NCBI GenBank assembly: GCA_005889535.1
Contig: VBHC01000123.1
Coordinates: 1-61,722 of the forward strand
DNA: 61,722 nt
Origin: Chloroflexota bacterium
GTDB taxonomy: Bacteria; Chloroflexota; Dormibacteria; CF-121
Direction: 5' to 3'
The position numbers and the translations under genes were made by a program. Under the pieces are notes generated by a model. The model did not search any database. It had not been told where the DNA came from and was given only the letters and a program-made list of their open reading frames with translations. Numbering within the stretch: the stretch's first letter is position 1; each line of letters begins with the position of its first letter. This document shows, piece after piece, positions 45,946 through 56,085 of this stretch.

Positions 45946-47145
45946 ATGATCGTCGACCTGACCCTGGCGTTTCTCGCCGGACTGTTGTCGTTCGCGTCGA
46001 CCTGCGTCTTGCCGCTGGTACCGGCCTATGTGACCTACATGGGCGCCGCCTCGGCGGGCACCACCATGACACTCCGGCAGCAACTCGGCGTCCTCGGCAA
46101 CGCGGCTTTGTTCGTTGCCGGCTTTGGGTCGGCGTTCGTCGCGCTGGGCGCCTCCTTCGGCCTTATCGGTGCGGATTTGAAGGCCTACCGTCCGCTCTTG
46201 CTGCAGGTGGCCGGTGTCGCGCTGGTGTTGATCGGGATCGCGCTCTTGACAGTTGGCCGCATCCCCGGGCTGATGGGCGAGAAGCGCTTCGACATCGCCC
46301 ACCGCCTTCCGCGGGCGCCCTGGGCGTCTTACGTGATCGGCCTCGCCTTCGCGATTGGATGGACGCCGTGCGTCGGGCCAATCCTGGCGGCCATCCTGCT
46401 CCGGGCCGGAAGCAGCGGAACCGCTGCTCAGGGCGCTGTGCTACTCGCCGTCTATTCGGCCGGTCTGGGGCTACCATTCCTGGTCGCCGCCGGCCTCTCC
46501 GGGATGTTGACCCAGGTCCTCAGTCGGATTCGTGGCGCGTACGGCATTTTGAATGCCGTCGCGGCTGCCTTCCTGATCGGCATGGGGCTGCTCATTTTTT
46601 CCAACCGGCTCACCGTCTTCAACGACTTCTTCCCGGTAGTAGCCGTGACGACGCCGTGGGATTCGCATTTTCAGAGCGACGAAGGGACACTGCCGGCGAC
46701 TCACGGACCGGTGCAGGTGGGGCAGCCGGCCCCGTCATTCACCCTTACCGACATTGACGGCCACCGAGTCTCGCTTTCGCAGCTCAAAGGCAAGCCGGTG
46801 TTGATCAGCTTCTGGGCGACCTGGTGTGTGCCCTGCCGCGATGAGCTCCCCCTGATCCGTGATGAGTACCTGGCGCACCACACCGAAGGCCTGGAAGTCG
46901 TCGCCATCGACTGGGGTGATGAATCGGCGGATACCGTGCGGAGGTTCTGGACCGGCCTGAAGCTGCAGCCGGCACCATACCTCGACCCGGATGGCCGAGC
47001 CGCCACTGCGTACGGCGTGACGCTCAGCAGCACCGGCTTGCCCGTCAGCATTCTCGTCGCGCGCGACGGCACTGTCAGCAGTTACGAACCGTTCCCGCTG
47101 ACGAAGGAGTTTCTCGATCCGGCGCTGACGAAGATCCTCTCGTGA
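45946..47145 (+). CDS. CcdA/DsbD membrane domain fused to TlpA-like thioredoxin (DipZ-like)
   Basis: SF.S.CVLPLVPAY, WTPCVGP; FWATWCVPC. Confidence 0.85.
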   Translation: MIVDLTLAFLAGLLSFASTCVLPLVPAYVTYMGAASAGTTMTLRQQLGVLGNAALFVAGFGSAFVALGASFGLIGADLKAYRPLLLQVAGVALVLIGIALLTVGRIPGLMGEKRFDIAHRLPRAPWASYVIGLAFAIGWTPCVGPILAAILLRAGSSGTAAQGAVLLAVYSAGLGLPFLVAAGLSGMLTQVLSRIRGAYGILNAVAAAFLIGMGLLIFSNRLTVFNDFFPVVAVTTPWDSHFQSDEGTLPATHGPVQVGQPAPSFTLTDIDGHRVSLSQLKGKPVLISFWATWCVPCRDELPLIRDEYLAHHTEGLEVVAIDWGDESADTVRRFWTGLKLQPAPYLDPDGRAATAYGVTLSSTGLPVSILVARDGTVSSYEPFPLTKEFLDPALTKILS

Positions 47146-48107
47146 GTCAGACCGCAAAGACCGGTACCTGGTCCGGGCGTGGGCTCTGGCGCTACCGAGC
47201 CGACCTCGCGGTTCGCGGCGAACCCGTGACGCTGGGCGAGGGCGCCACGCCGATCGTGCCCTACGAAAAATTCCTGCTGAAGCTCGAGAGCATCTCCCCG
47301 ACCGGCTCCTTCAAAGATCGCGGAGCGGCGACCGCCATCACGGCGGCCCGCAGCGCCGGAGCACGAATAGTCGTGGAAGACTCGTCGGGCAACGCCGGAA
47401 CGGCAATCGCCGCCTATGCGGCCGCCGCCGGATTGCGCGCGCGGATTTTCGCGCCGGATGACATCGTGGCATCGAAGGCCCGGGCCATTCAGGTGTTGGG
47501 TGCCGAGCTGGTGAAGATCTCCGGGCCGCGCTCAGCCGTGACCGAAGCCGCCCTGATGGCGGCCAGGGACGCCTACGACGTTGGCCACGCGCGCGACGAC
47601 ACCTTTCTCGAGGGGACCAAGACGATCGCCTACGAACTCTTCGAGGAGCTTGGGGATGAGTTGCACGACATCGTGACGCCGGTAGGCCAGGGCACGGTGC
47701 TGATCGGGCTGGCGATGGGGTTCGCCGATCTGGTGGCCGCCGGCCGCATGGCGCGGGCGCCAAAGCTGCACGGCGTGCAATCGGACGCATGCGCGCCGCT
47801 GGTTCGGGGCGCCGCGATCGGCCGCCCCGCGCCCGTCGTACGCCAACCGTCGATTGCCGATGGCATCCGGATCCCCGAGCCGACCCGGGCGGAACGCAGT
47901 TACGCCGCCGTCCGATACAGCGGCGGTCGCTGGATCGCCGTGCCAGACGACGCGATCGAGCAGGCCTGGCGCCAGGCCGCCACAGTGGGATTGCTGATCG
48001 AGCCGACCTCAGCCGCAGCGATCGTGGGCGCCCACGTCCTCCACCTTCCGCCTGGAGCGGTGCTCATCATCACGGGATCGGGGCTGAAGGCGATCGAGCG
48101 CTACTAG
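47142..48107 (+). CDS. Threonine synthase-like PLP-dependent enzyme
   Basis: LGEG.TP, PTGSFKDRG, SSGN, EPTSA, ITGSGLK. Confidence 0.8.
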   Translation: MSQTAKTGTWSGRGLWRYRADLAVRGEPVTLGEGATPIVPYEKFLLKLESISPTGSFKDRGAATAITAARSAGARIVVEDSSGNAGTAIAAYAAAAGLRARIFAPDDIVASKARAIQVLGAELVKISGPRSAVTEAALMAARDAYDVGHARDDTFLEGTKTIAYELFEELGDELHDIVTPVGQGTVLIGLAMGFADLVAAGRMARAPKLHGVQSDACAPLVRGAAIGRPAPVVRQPSIADGIRIPEPTRAERSYAAVRYSGGRWIAVPDDAIEQAWRQAATVGLLIEPTSAAAIVGAHVLHLPPGAVLIITGSGLKAIERY

Positions 48108-48483
48108 GAACCCCCACCCGTTCCCTGGCGCGCGCGATCGTTTGGGGATCGTACGCGAGCGCCAGGCGGGCGCCCCAGAGATCGATGTGATAGCCGGGGA
48201 GGCGCCGTCGCCGGGGCAACGGGGAGTCGAGGTCGGGGAGCGACTTGAACTGGAGCGCTCGCTGCGGAATCGCCTTGCTGATCGCCCAGGTCAGCAACCG
48301 GTCCGGATCGGCGCTGACCACCTTGCCGTACCAGCCGGGACCGAAGCGGGCATGTTCCAGGTAAACCAACGGCGCCAGCCATAGGCCCCCGGCGGCGGCA
48401 TGGCGGAAGCCATCCGCCCGGCGGTCGAAGGCCCGCGGAACGTCAGGCGGCACGGACCAGGAACCGGCCGGGGTCGAAGGCAT
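48104..48483 (-). CDS. DUF4031-like hypothetical protein
   Basis: S.D...L..WA, HIDL; start uncertain. Confidence 0.45.
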
Positions 48484-49561
48484 CGAGGGGAAGACGAGGC
48501 CGCCGTCGGGCTACGAGATCCAGGACCAGTTCGCCCGTGATGGGAGCCAGCAAGATGCCTTCCCGGAAATGACCGGTGGCGAGAACGATCCCGTCCCATC
48601 CCGGCGGCCGTCCAAGCAATGGGAGGCGGTCCGGCGTGCCTGGCCGTAAGCCGGCCCACGCGCTCAAGACCGTGGCATCGGCCAAACGGGGCACCAGCCG
48701 CGAAGCCAGGGCGAGCAATCCGGCGATTCCTGCTGCCGTGGGTCGCGCATCGAAGCCGACCTCCTCGACGGTTGTGCCCACGATCGTCGAACCGTCGGCT
48801 TTGGTCAGGACGTATCCGCTGTTGGAGCTGACCGCGTGACGGAGCGGCGTCGCACTGGTTGACAGGGCTACCATCTGGCCGCGCACCGGTCGCACCGGGA
48901 TCGGCGTCTGCAGCGTGTTCGACCATGCCGAAGCCCAGGTGCCATTCGCGATGACGGTCTCCGGCGACCGGATGGTCTCGCCGCCGACTGCGACACCAAC
49001 CACACGATCGCCCTGGATCAGCAGCCGATCGGCAGCGGCACCTTCCAGCACGGCCGCTCCCAGGTCGGTCGCGGCGCGTGCCAACGCCTGGGCGAGGACA
49101 CGTGGCAAGATCTGGTAATGGTCCTCATAGAGCAGGGCCGCCCGAACGCCAGGGTTTAGCGCCGGTTCGACATCCACGGCGGCGGCGCCGTCGAGCCAGC
49201 CGACCGACATTCCCTGATCCACCTGCCAGGCGCGGTGCGCTCGGAGCTGCGCCTCTTCGGCTTCGTCGAGCGTGACGTGCAGCAGCGAGGCCCGACGATA
49301 CCCGATGTCGATCCCGGTGCGTTCCAGCAGCTCAGCCGCCAGCGCGGTAAAGAGGCGGGCACTCTCGGCCCCGAGCGCGGAGAATGCGGGTGGCGTGCCG
49401 CGGTCGGGGTTGAGCTGAATCATTCCCGCCGACGCTCCCGTGGCTTCTCCGCCCACGCGCCCGCGGTCGAGAACCATGACCTTCAGGCCGGCTTTGGCAA
49501 GCTGGTAGGCAGTCGAGGTTCCGATGGCGCCGGCGCCAATCACGATGACGTCCGGACTCAC
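48443..49561 (-). CDS. thiO: Glycine oxidase ThiO / FAD-dependent DAO-family oxidoreductase
   Basis: GAGAIG, A.GASAGM, PVRGQ, WAGLRP, ATGHFREGILLAP. Confidence 0.75.
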   Translation of the reverse strand: MSPDVIVIGAGAIGTSTAYQLAKAGLKVMVLDRGRVGGEATGASAGMIQLNPDRGTPPAFSALGAESARLFTALAAELLERTGIDIGYRRASLLHVTLDEAEEAQLRAHRAWQVDQGMSVGWLDGAAAVDVEPALNPGVRAALLYEDHYQILPRVLAQALARAATDLGAAVLEGAAADRLLIQGDRVVGVAVGGETIRSPETVIANGTWASAWSNTLQTPIPVRPVRGQMVALSTSATPLRHAVSSNSGYVLTKADGSTIVGTTVEEVGFDARPTAAGIAGLLALASRLVPRLADATVLSAWAGLRPGTPDRLPLLGRPPGWDGIVLATGHFREGILLAPITGELVLDLVARRRPRLPLDAFDPGRFLVRAA

Positions 49562-49587
49562 GAATTCGATCTTAGTCGGGCGAGAAG

Positions 49588-49622
49588 CCCCACCCTGGCC
49601 CTCCCCGCGGCCGCGGGAGGGA
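49588..49622. repeat. REP-like palindromic repeat
   Basis: CCCCACCCTGGCCCTCCCCGCGGCCGCGGGAGGGA; related copies at 44818-44856, 44903-44926, 59087-59128. Confidence 0.6.
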
Positions 49623-49631
49623 ATCTGTGCA

Positions 49632-49844
49632 TTAGTCGATCAGGCGACGGAGCCGCTGATCTTCGCTGGCACGGGCGCCCTGGTATAGAGCACAGGTCGC
49701 CACTTTTCCCAGGCACGGCGGCGACGGCCACGCCACCACCCCCCAGAAGTGGTGGACCCGGCGGTCGACGTGGCAATCCGCCTGAAACACTTTCAGGAAG
49801 GCTCGGCGCTTTCGAAGGATCTGCTCAAGGTACGGACAGCGCAT
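49632..49844 (-). CDS. Possible small Cys-rich protein
   Basis: MRCPYL...C...C...C; fills the intergenic gap; no clear RBS. Confidence 0.35.
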   Translation of the reverse strand: MRCPYLEQILRKRRAFLKVFQADCHVDRRVHHFWGVVAWPSPPCLGKVATCALYQGARASEDQRLRRLID

Positions 49845-50059
49845 AGGAAGAAAAAGTGATACTCCAAGACTAACACGAGGTTGGCCTGCGTGCGCCCTGT
49901 CATCGCCCTCTTCTAGCCAGACAACGCAGCGTCCAGACGCTTCTGGCCCGATTCAGGCTCACTTCCACCGACCCGTTACACTCAGCCGTGCCGCATGTTC
50001 GGATCGGGATCTCAAACGTAATATCTATGGCCGAGACTGGGTTCTGGCGATCCCCCTCC

Positions 50060-51001
50060 ATGCTGTCCTGGTGGCGTCGGCGCCGCCCATCGAGCTCGCA
50101 AACCGGGGAACGAGCGCGCCGGTTGGTCTTCGTCCTGGGCGGCGGCGGCAGCCGGGGCGCCTGCAGCGTGGGGGTGCTCAAGGCTCTGCTCGAGGCCGGC
50201 ATCAAGCCGGACGGGCTGGTCGGCTGCAGCTCAGGCGCGTTCAATGCAGTCGCGCTCGCCGCCAAACCGGACCTCCAAACGATCGAGCAGCTGGCTCACG
50301 TTTGGGGATCGATCCGGAACCGTGACCTGTTTGATCGCAACCCGCTGCGGATGGCATACCGCTACATGCGCAGCCGCAACAGCTTCTTCGACAGCCGCTA
50401 CTTGCGAACGCTGGCCGCCATGAACTTGCCTGCGACCTTCGACCAGCTGACCCTGCCCTGCGCGGTAATCGCGACCAACCTCACCCGGGCCCGAAAGGAA
50501 ATCTTTACGACGGGCAGCGTGCCGGACGCGGTCGCCGCGTCGTCCGCGATCCCGGGCCTGTTCAACCCTTATCGCATCGGCAATGAAGAATTCGTCGATG
50601 GGGCGGTGGCAGAGAACGTGGGCCTTGCCGAAGCCATCCAGCTTGGCGCCACACACATCGTCGCCATCGACAACAGCACCTCCAACCCACGCCGGCCACC
50701 GAACCACACGTTGACCGGCATCCTGGCGCAGAGCATCCAGATCATGCTGGGCCAGCGAACGCTGGAGGAGTACCAGCGCTTCGCTCAGCAGGCCGAGATC
50801 TGTCTGCTGGTTCCCAACGTCGAGTTCGGCACAGCCGGAACGGACTTCAGCCAGGTGGATCGCCTCATCGAGGAGGCGTACGCTCGCACCCACGCCTTTC
50901 TCCAGGACGGCGGCGGACTCGACCGCCAGGGGCGCCTCGAGCCGGGCATCCACTACATGCTTCCCCCCCGGCGCCAGACTGTCGTCTCCCTGGCCCAGTG
51001 A
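50060..51001 (+). CDS. Patatin-like phospholipase
   Basis: GGGGSRG, GCSSG, DGA; start uncertain. Confidence 0.9.
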   Translation: MLSWWRRRRPSSSQTGERARRLVFVLGGGGSRGACSVGVLKALLEAGIKPDGLVGCSSGAFNAVALAAKPDLQTIEQLAHVWGSIRNRDLFDRNPLRMAYRYMRSRNSFFDSRYLRTLAAMNLPATFDQLTLPCAVIATNLTRARKEIFTTGSVPDAVAASSAIPGLFNPYRIGNEEFVDGAVAENVGLAEAIQLGATHIVAIDNSTSNPRRPPNHTLTGILAQSIQIMLGQRTLEEYQRFAQQAEICLLVPNVEFGTAGTDFSQVDRLIEEAYARTHAFLQDGGGLDRQGRLEPGIHYMLPPRRQTVVSLAQ

Positions 51002-52236
51002 CGGTCGCCCGAAAAAACGCGGGCCGCCTGGCGGGGTGGCTGCGATGGCTGTGGCCGCTCGGACTGCTCCTCATCGCGTGGCTGATCGCCCCGCTTCGGG
51101 CCGGGGCCACCTACCCCGGCATGCCTTGCACGGCGCAGGCCGACACCGTTTTCAGCCTCGCATCGTACACGCTGCTCTTTCTTCCGACGGCCGCGGTGCT
51201 GCTCTGGCTGAGCCGGCGGCTGATTCCGGCCGCCTTGCGGCGGGGCCTTTTTGCCTGGGTTGCCGGCCTCAGCGCGGTCGCGGTCGGTATCGGGATCGTG
51301 TTCCTTTCGTTTGCCGGGGTGTCGGCGGACCGCCGGCCGTTCCGAACCAGCGAACAAACTGTCAGCTGTCCCGACCTGGGCGCGGGTTTGCAAGCGATGC
51401 ATTGCTGGAGGGACGGCAGCACGCTCGAGATGAATGCCTATGGCCAGCGGCCGCTCGACCTGGGCGGCGTTCAATCGATGGCGCGGGCCCTCCGGGCGAC
51501 CAAACAGGATGCGGCCCTTTACGAGGCTTTCATCACCGATACGACGGATCGGAGCATTGTCGACTACTCGAACGCGCGCCTGTTCGTACTGCAGCGACCG
51601 GGGCTGACCGACTTTTCAGATCTCTGCCTGTCCGAGCACCAGGCGAAGCTGCGCGAGGTGCAGTCCCATCGCGTCGGCTTCTACCGCTACAGCGCCCGGC
51701 AATCGCCCCCCGTCGACGCGTTCTTTCTGCAGGACACGGCAGGCACTGGCGAAGTCGGGTACGAGGTGATCGACTACCTGCATGGCCAGGCCACCCTCCC
51801 TTACGTGCGGCCGGTCGACCTGCGGCCCGACGAGTCCGCCTACCTGGACCGGGTCACCGCTGCCGTTGCGGCCTTGAACCAGGATCTCGATCGAGAGACG
51901 CAGTCGCCGTCCCCGCCCGGCGCGCTCGCCGGCATGCAGGCGGACTTCCAGCGCATCACCGCCGACCTGGTCTCCGCACCCGAGCGGCTCAGGGAGTATC
52001 GCGACGGGCGGGTCAAGCGATTCCTGGAGAATTACGACCTGATTCTGACAGCAGAGGAAAGTGCGGCCCGGGGCCAGAGCGGGCAGGCGATCCACTCCAG
52101 CGCCTATGAGGATCACCGCCGCTTCTTCTACCAGGAGGCGCGGGTCGCCCGGCTGATCGGTTATCTCTATCTCCAGCAGCCCAACACTCCGTTCACCGAC
52201 GACGAGCTGTCGACGGTTAACTGGGCCGTCTTCTAG
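50998..52236 (+). CDS. Membrane hypothetical protein
   Basis: Three TM segments, large soluble C-terminal domain; GTGA overlap. Confidence 0.65.
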   Translation: MTVARKNAGRLAGWLRWLWPLGLLLIAWLIAPLRAGATYPGMPCTAQADTVFSLASYTLLFLPTAAVLLWLSRRLIPAALRRGLFAWVAGLSAVAVGIGIVFLSFAGVSADRRPFRTSEQTVSCPDLGAGLQAMHCWRDGSTLEMNAYGQRPLDLGGVQSMARALRATKQDAALYEAFITDTTDRSIVDYSNARLFVLQRPGLTDFSDLCLSEHQAKLREVQSHRVGFYRYSARQSPPVDAFFLQDTAGTGEVGYEVIDYLHGQATLPYVRPVDLRPDESAYLDRVTAAVAALNQDLDRETQSPSPPGALAGMQADFQRITADLVSAPERLREYRDGRVKRFLENYDLILTAEESAARGQSGQAIHSSAYEDHRRFFYQEARVARLIGYLYLQQPNTPFTDDELSTVNWAVF

Positions 52237-52251
52237 CCGGCCGGGCCCGGC

Positions 52252-53418
52252 TTAGAGCGTCATCGACATCGACGGCGCTCGACTCTCGTTCTGCAGAATC
52301 GCCTTGATGGCGTCGATCCAGCGCGAGTCACCGTTATCCGCGCGCCACAACCAGTATTCGCTGCCCCAGAACAAGACGGTGCTATAACCGGCATCCTTCA
52401 GGTTCTCGAAGACGTTGCGGATCGCCCCCGGGCTGGTGCTCTTCGGGTCGGTATAGGTTGCCTGCTCCGACTCCCACGGCTCCGCCTGGGCCTCGGTGAT
52501 CCAGGCCTGCTTTCCTTGCCGCTTGGCCAGGTCGCGCACGCGCGCGAGCCGGTCCGGCCAGTCAGCATCCGCACGGCTGAGATGATCCTGGCCCAGGAAT
52601 TGATAGCCGATCGCGGTATAGACGTCGAGGCCGAGCACGTCACCGCGATCCAGGACGGCAAGGCTGTCACGCTCGGCGCTGTCCGCGTCGAAGCCCAGCC
52701 ACTGGCGTAAGTCGAAGCCCTGGCGAGCTGACGCCTGGTCGAAAACGAAGTTGAAGTGACTGAAAGCGTTGACGATCAGGGGTCGGTGATGGCGGTCGAG
52801 CTGTCGCACGCTGCTGATCTCGTCACGGAGGAATGCCGCATCGATCCAGAGGCGCTGCGGGCCGGCCCGGTTTAAAGGCTCATTCTCGATCTGCCAGGCG
52901 ACGAGCGCGGGATTGTCGCGGTAACGGCGCACCGTATCTTCGATGAACGCCAGGGCGGCTGCCCGGAGGCTCGGATCCGCGGCGACGTCCTGGCCCTGCT
53001 GGAGACTGGTCAGATCGGTCACCGAGGCTGGAACGAAGAACTCGGGCCAGCCGAGCGCCTTCATGCCGACGGTGAGAACGATGGGCTGCCGGGCTCGCTG
53101 GGCCTCGTTCATGAGCCAATCGAGCTGGTCGTAGCCTTCCTTGTCGACCTGGTCCCAGTAAGAGCTGAGCCGGATCACCCGAAAATGCAACGCCTCGAGG
53201 CGCTTGAATGCGCCGCGATAGTCGAGGCCAAGAGAGCCGGCGCGCATCGGACTGAAGCTGGTCCCTACCTGCACCGGCGCCGCGACGCCATGGGCCTTCA
53301 CGGGCGCCGGCATGAACAGATGAAGTGGTGCGATGGCAAGGAACGGCACGAGCAGCACGATCGCCAGCACCTGCACCCGCCGTTGACGTACCAGCGACTG
53401 GATCCTGGGTAATGTCAT
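52252..53418 (-). CDS. Clan GH-A glycoside hydrolase, membrane-anchored
   Basis: WQIENEP acid/base motif; ITEAQAEPW; FWGSEYW. Confidence 0.75.
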   Translation of the reverse strand: MTLPRIQSLVRQRRVQVLAIVLLVPFLAIAPLHLFMPAPVKAHGVAAPVQVGTSFSPMRAGSLGLDYRGAFKRLEALHFRVIRLSSYWDQVDKEGYDQLDWLMNEAQRARQPIVLTVGMKALGWPEFFVPASVTDLTSLQQGQDVAADPSLRAAALAFIEDTVRRYRDNPALVAWQIENEPLNRAGPQRLWIDAAFLRDEISSVRQLDRHHRPLIVNAFSHFNFVFDQASARQGFDLRQWLGFDADSAERDSLAVLDRGDVLGLDVYTAIGYQFLGQDHLSRADADWPDRLARVRDLAKRQGKQAWITEAQAEPWESEQATYTDPKSTSPGAIRNVFENLKDAGYSTVLFWGSEYWLWRADNGDSRWIDAIKAILQNESRAPSMSMTL

Positions 53419-53533
53419 GGCTGAGCCGGCCGGCGCGCGCCGAAACCGTTGCTGGTGTCACGGCGGTCCTCCAGATTTCTTGCGCGTGATGCCTGATGTA
53501 AAAATCTCGCGACGGTTCACGTAGCATTGGCCG

Positions 53534-54289
53534 ATGACGATCGCACGTGCCGAACCACTGGCGGCCAAACTGGGCAGCGGCCGCATCTTGCTCGGCGGCC
53601 ACCGTGGCAACGCCGACGAATTCCCGGAAAACACGCTGGCATCCTTTGGTTCCGCCGTCGAGCTCGGGGTCGATCTCATCGAATGCGACGTCCATCGTTC
53701 TGAGGATGGCGGCCTTCCGGTCATCCACGATCACCTGCTCGACCGCACCACCAACGGGAGCGGGCTCGTCCGTGACCACACGATGGCAGAGCTGAAGCGT
53801 TTCGATGCGGGCCGGTGGAAGGATGCTCGCTTCGAAGCGGAGCGCATTCCATCACTCGACCAGGTGCTGGCCCTGGCGAAGGGTCAGGTCGGGGTTGCCA
53901 TCGAAATCAAGAATCTGCCGTTGCCCTATCCCGGCATCGAGGAGGCGGTGGTCGACGCCGTCCAGAAGGCCGGGATGGTGCGAGATGTGGTCGTGATTTC
54001 GTTCGACCATCGCTGCATCAAGCGGATCGGTGCGCTGGAGCCGGAGATCCTGACCGGCGTGCTCGAGGCATCGCGCCCGGTGGACGTCCTGCGGGTCATG
54101 GATGACGCCGATGCGGACGTCTTCTGCCCGCACTGGGCGTCCATCGATCCACAGACGGCGGCGGAGCTCCACGCAGCGGGCAAGATGATCGGCCTATGGG
54201 TGGTTGATGATGCCTTTTCGCTGGCCTGGTCGAAGGCGCTGCCGGCGAACGCGATCTACACCAACAAGCCCCGGGAAATCCGACCCTAG
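53534..54289 (+). CDS. Glycerophosphodiester phosphodiesterase
   Basis: HRG, PENT, E.DV, HD..LDRTT, IEIK. Confidence 0.92.
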   Translation: MTIARAEPLAAKLGSGRILLGGHRGNADEFPENTLASFGSAVELGVDLIECDVHRSEDGGLPVIHDHLLDRTTNGSGLVRDHTMAELKRFDAGRWKDARFEAERIPSLDQVLALAKGQVGVAIEIKNLPLPYPGIEEAVVDAVQKAGMVRDVVVISFDHRCIKRIGALEPEILTGVLEASRPVDVLRVMDDADADVFCPHWASIDPQTAAELHAAGKMIGLWVVDDAFSLAWSKALPANAIYTNKPREIRP

Positions 54290-54293
54290 CCGG

Positions 54294-54864
54294 ATGACCC
54301 TCCATCGCGACTGGCCGCTCTTCGGCCTGCGCATCATGAATGCCGTTCGAGATCCCCTGGACCGACGATCCGCCTGACGTTCGGCCTAGAAATTCGCTGC
54401 AGTTCTGGTGGGGGTTGCGAGCCAGGTGGAAACCTAATCAGTGGGTGCTTACGATGCTGGTGGAAGAGCACGAAATTGTCGTCGGCGTTCAGGATCTGAT
54501 CGGTGCTGAGTTTGCGGTGACGCGGCAGGTCGCAACCGGTTCCTGGTTAGGGAAGGCGTATCAGGGACGCGGGATCGGGAAGGAAATGCGAGCCGCCATT
54601 CTCCACCTGGCGTTCGCAGGACTTGGAGCCCAGCGCGCCACCAGCGAAGCGTTCGAGGACAACGCCGCATCCCTTGCGGTTTCGCGCGCCCTCGGGTACG
54701 TGGAGAATGGCGATGACATCAAAGTGTCGACCGGACGACCCAGGCGCGCGATCCGGCTCGTCCTCCATCGTGAGGTCTGGCAGAAAAATCGCCGCGACGA
54801 CATACTGATTCGCGGATTGGAGCCCTGTGTGTCGAAGTTTGGAGTCGCCGGAGTGGATTTCTGA
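54294..54864 (+). pseudogene. RimJ/RimL-like GNAT acetyl/succinyltransferase with internal deletion and frameshift
   Basis: MTLHRDWPLFGLRI (54294) is out of frame with MPFEIPWTD...TGSWLG..YQGRGIG.EMR. Confidence 0.65.
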
Positions 54865-54867
54865 CGA

Positions 54868-56028
54868 CTATTTGAAGGCGCTGATCCCGGTGATCTCCTC
54901 GCCGATGGCGAGCAGGTGAATCTCGTTCGTCCCCTCATAGGTAAAGACTGTCTCGAGGTTCGCCATATGCCGCATCACTGGATACTCGAGGCTGATGCCG
55001 TTGGCACCCAGGATGCCGCGCGCGTCGCGGGCGATCTGCAATGCCTCGCGCACGTTGTTCATCTTCGCCATCGAAATCTGCGTCGCCGTCGCTTTGCTTT
55101 GATCCTTGAGACGACCGAGCTGTAACGCCAGCAACTGCCCCTTGGTGATCTCGGTCAACATCGTGACCAGCTTCTCCTGGGTGAGCTGGTAACCCGCGAT
55201 CGGCCTGTCGAACTGCACCCGCACCTTCGCATAGTCGAGCGCACTGCGGTAGCAGGCGATGGCGGCACCTAACACTCCCCAGACGATCCCGTAGCGGGCC
55301 TCGTTCAGACAGGACAGCGGGGCCTTGAGCCCCTGGGCCTCCGGCAGTTCGTTACAGGCCGGGACCCTCACATCATCCAGGATCAGCTCTGACGTCACCG
55401 AAGCTCGCATCGAAAGCTTGTGACGGATCTCGCGTGCCTCGAAGCCCTTGCTGCCCTTCTCGACGAGGAAACCGCGAATCCCTTTCTCCGCTCGGGCCCA
55501 TACGATCGCCAGGTCGGCGACGTTCCCATTCGTGATCCAGCGCTTGGTGCCGCTGATGATCCAGTCGTCGCCGTCACGACGCGCGCGGGTCGCCATGCCG
55601 GCGGGATTCGAGCCGAACTCGGGCTCGGTCAGACCGAAGCAACCGATCACCTCGCCCTTCGCCATGCGGGGAAGCCAGCGCTCCTTCTGCTCCTCCGAGC
55701 CGTAGCGATGGATGGGAAACATGCAGAGCGAACCCTGCACCGAGACAAAACTACGCAACCCGCTGTCGCCCCGCTCCAATTCCTGGCAGGCGAGCCCGTA
55801 CATCACGTTGCTCATCCCGGCGGCCCCATAGCCCTGAAGATGCATGCCGAATACGCCGAGGCGGGCGAGCTCGGGAACGATCTCCATGGGAAAGGTGGCG
55901 CGCTCGAAGTGCTCGGCCACAATCGGCAAGAAGCGCTGATCGACAAAGCGTCCCACCGTCGATCGGACCAGGCGCTCTTCCTCACTGAGGAGGTCGTCGA
56001 CGCGATAGAAGTCCACCGGCTCGGCCAA
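54868..56028 (-). CDS. Acyl-CoA dehydrogenase (glutaryl-CoA dehydrogenase-like)
   Basis: CFGLTEP..GS, G.K.WITN, RVQF..PI, GANG, TYEGT. Confidence 0.9.
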   Translation of the reverse strand: MAEPVDFYRVDDLLSEEERLVRSTVGRFVDQRFLPIVAEHFERATFPMEIVPELARLGVFGMHLQGYGAAGMSNVMYGLACQELERGDSGLRSFVSVQGSLCMFPIHRYGSEEQKERWLPRMAKGEVIGCFGLTEPEFGSNPAGMATRARRDGDDWIISGTKRWITNGNVADLAIVWARAEKGIRGFLVEKGSKGFEAREIRHKLSMRASVTSELILDDVRVPACNELPEAQGLKAPLSCLNEARYGIVWGVLGAAIACYRSALDYAKVRVQFDRPIAGYQLTQEKLVTMLTEITKGQLLALQLGRLKDQSKATATQISMAKMNNVREALQIARDARGILGANGISLEYPVMRHMANLETVFTYEGTNEIHLLAIGEEITGISAFK

Positions 56029-56085
56029 CGCGAACCCATTCTACGGTCGCGTTTGCAAGGGCCGCCTATCATTGACGGAGCGTGC

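Noticed and set aside
49562-49900. TPP riboswitch upstream of thiO
   Set aside because: No CTGAGA or CCTGA..GG.AAT.CC.GCG signature found on the minus strand
55420-56085. N-terminal extension of the 804-aa permease ORF
   Set aside because: Antisense to the acyl-CoA dehydrogenase; ATG 56086 has an RBS
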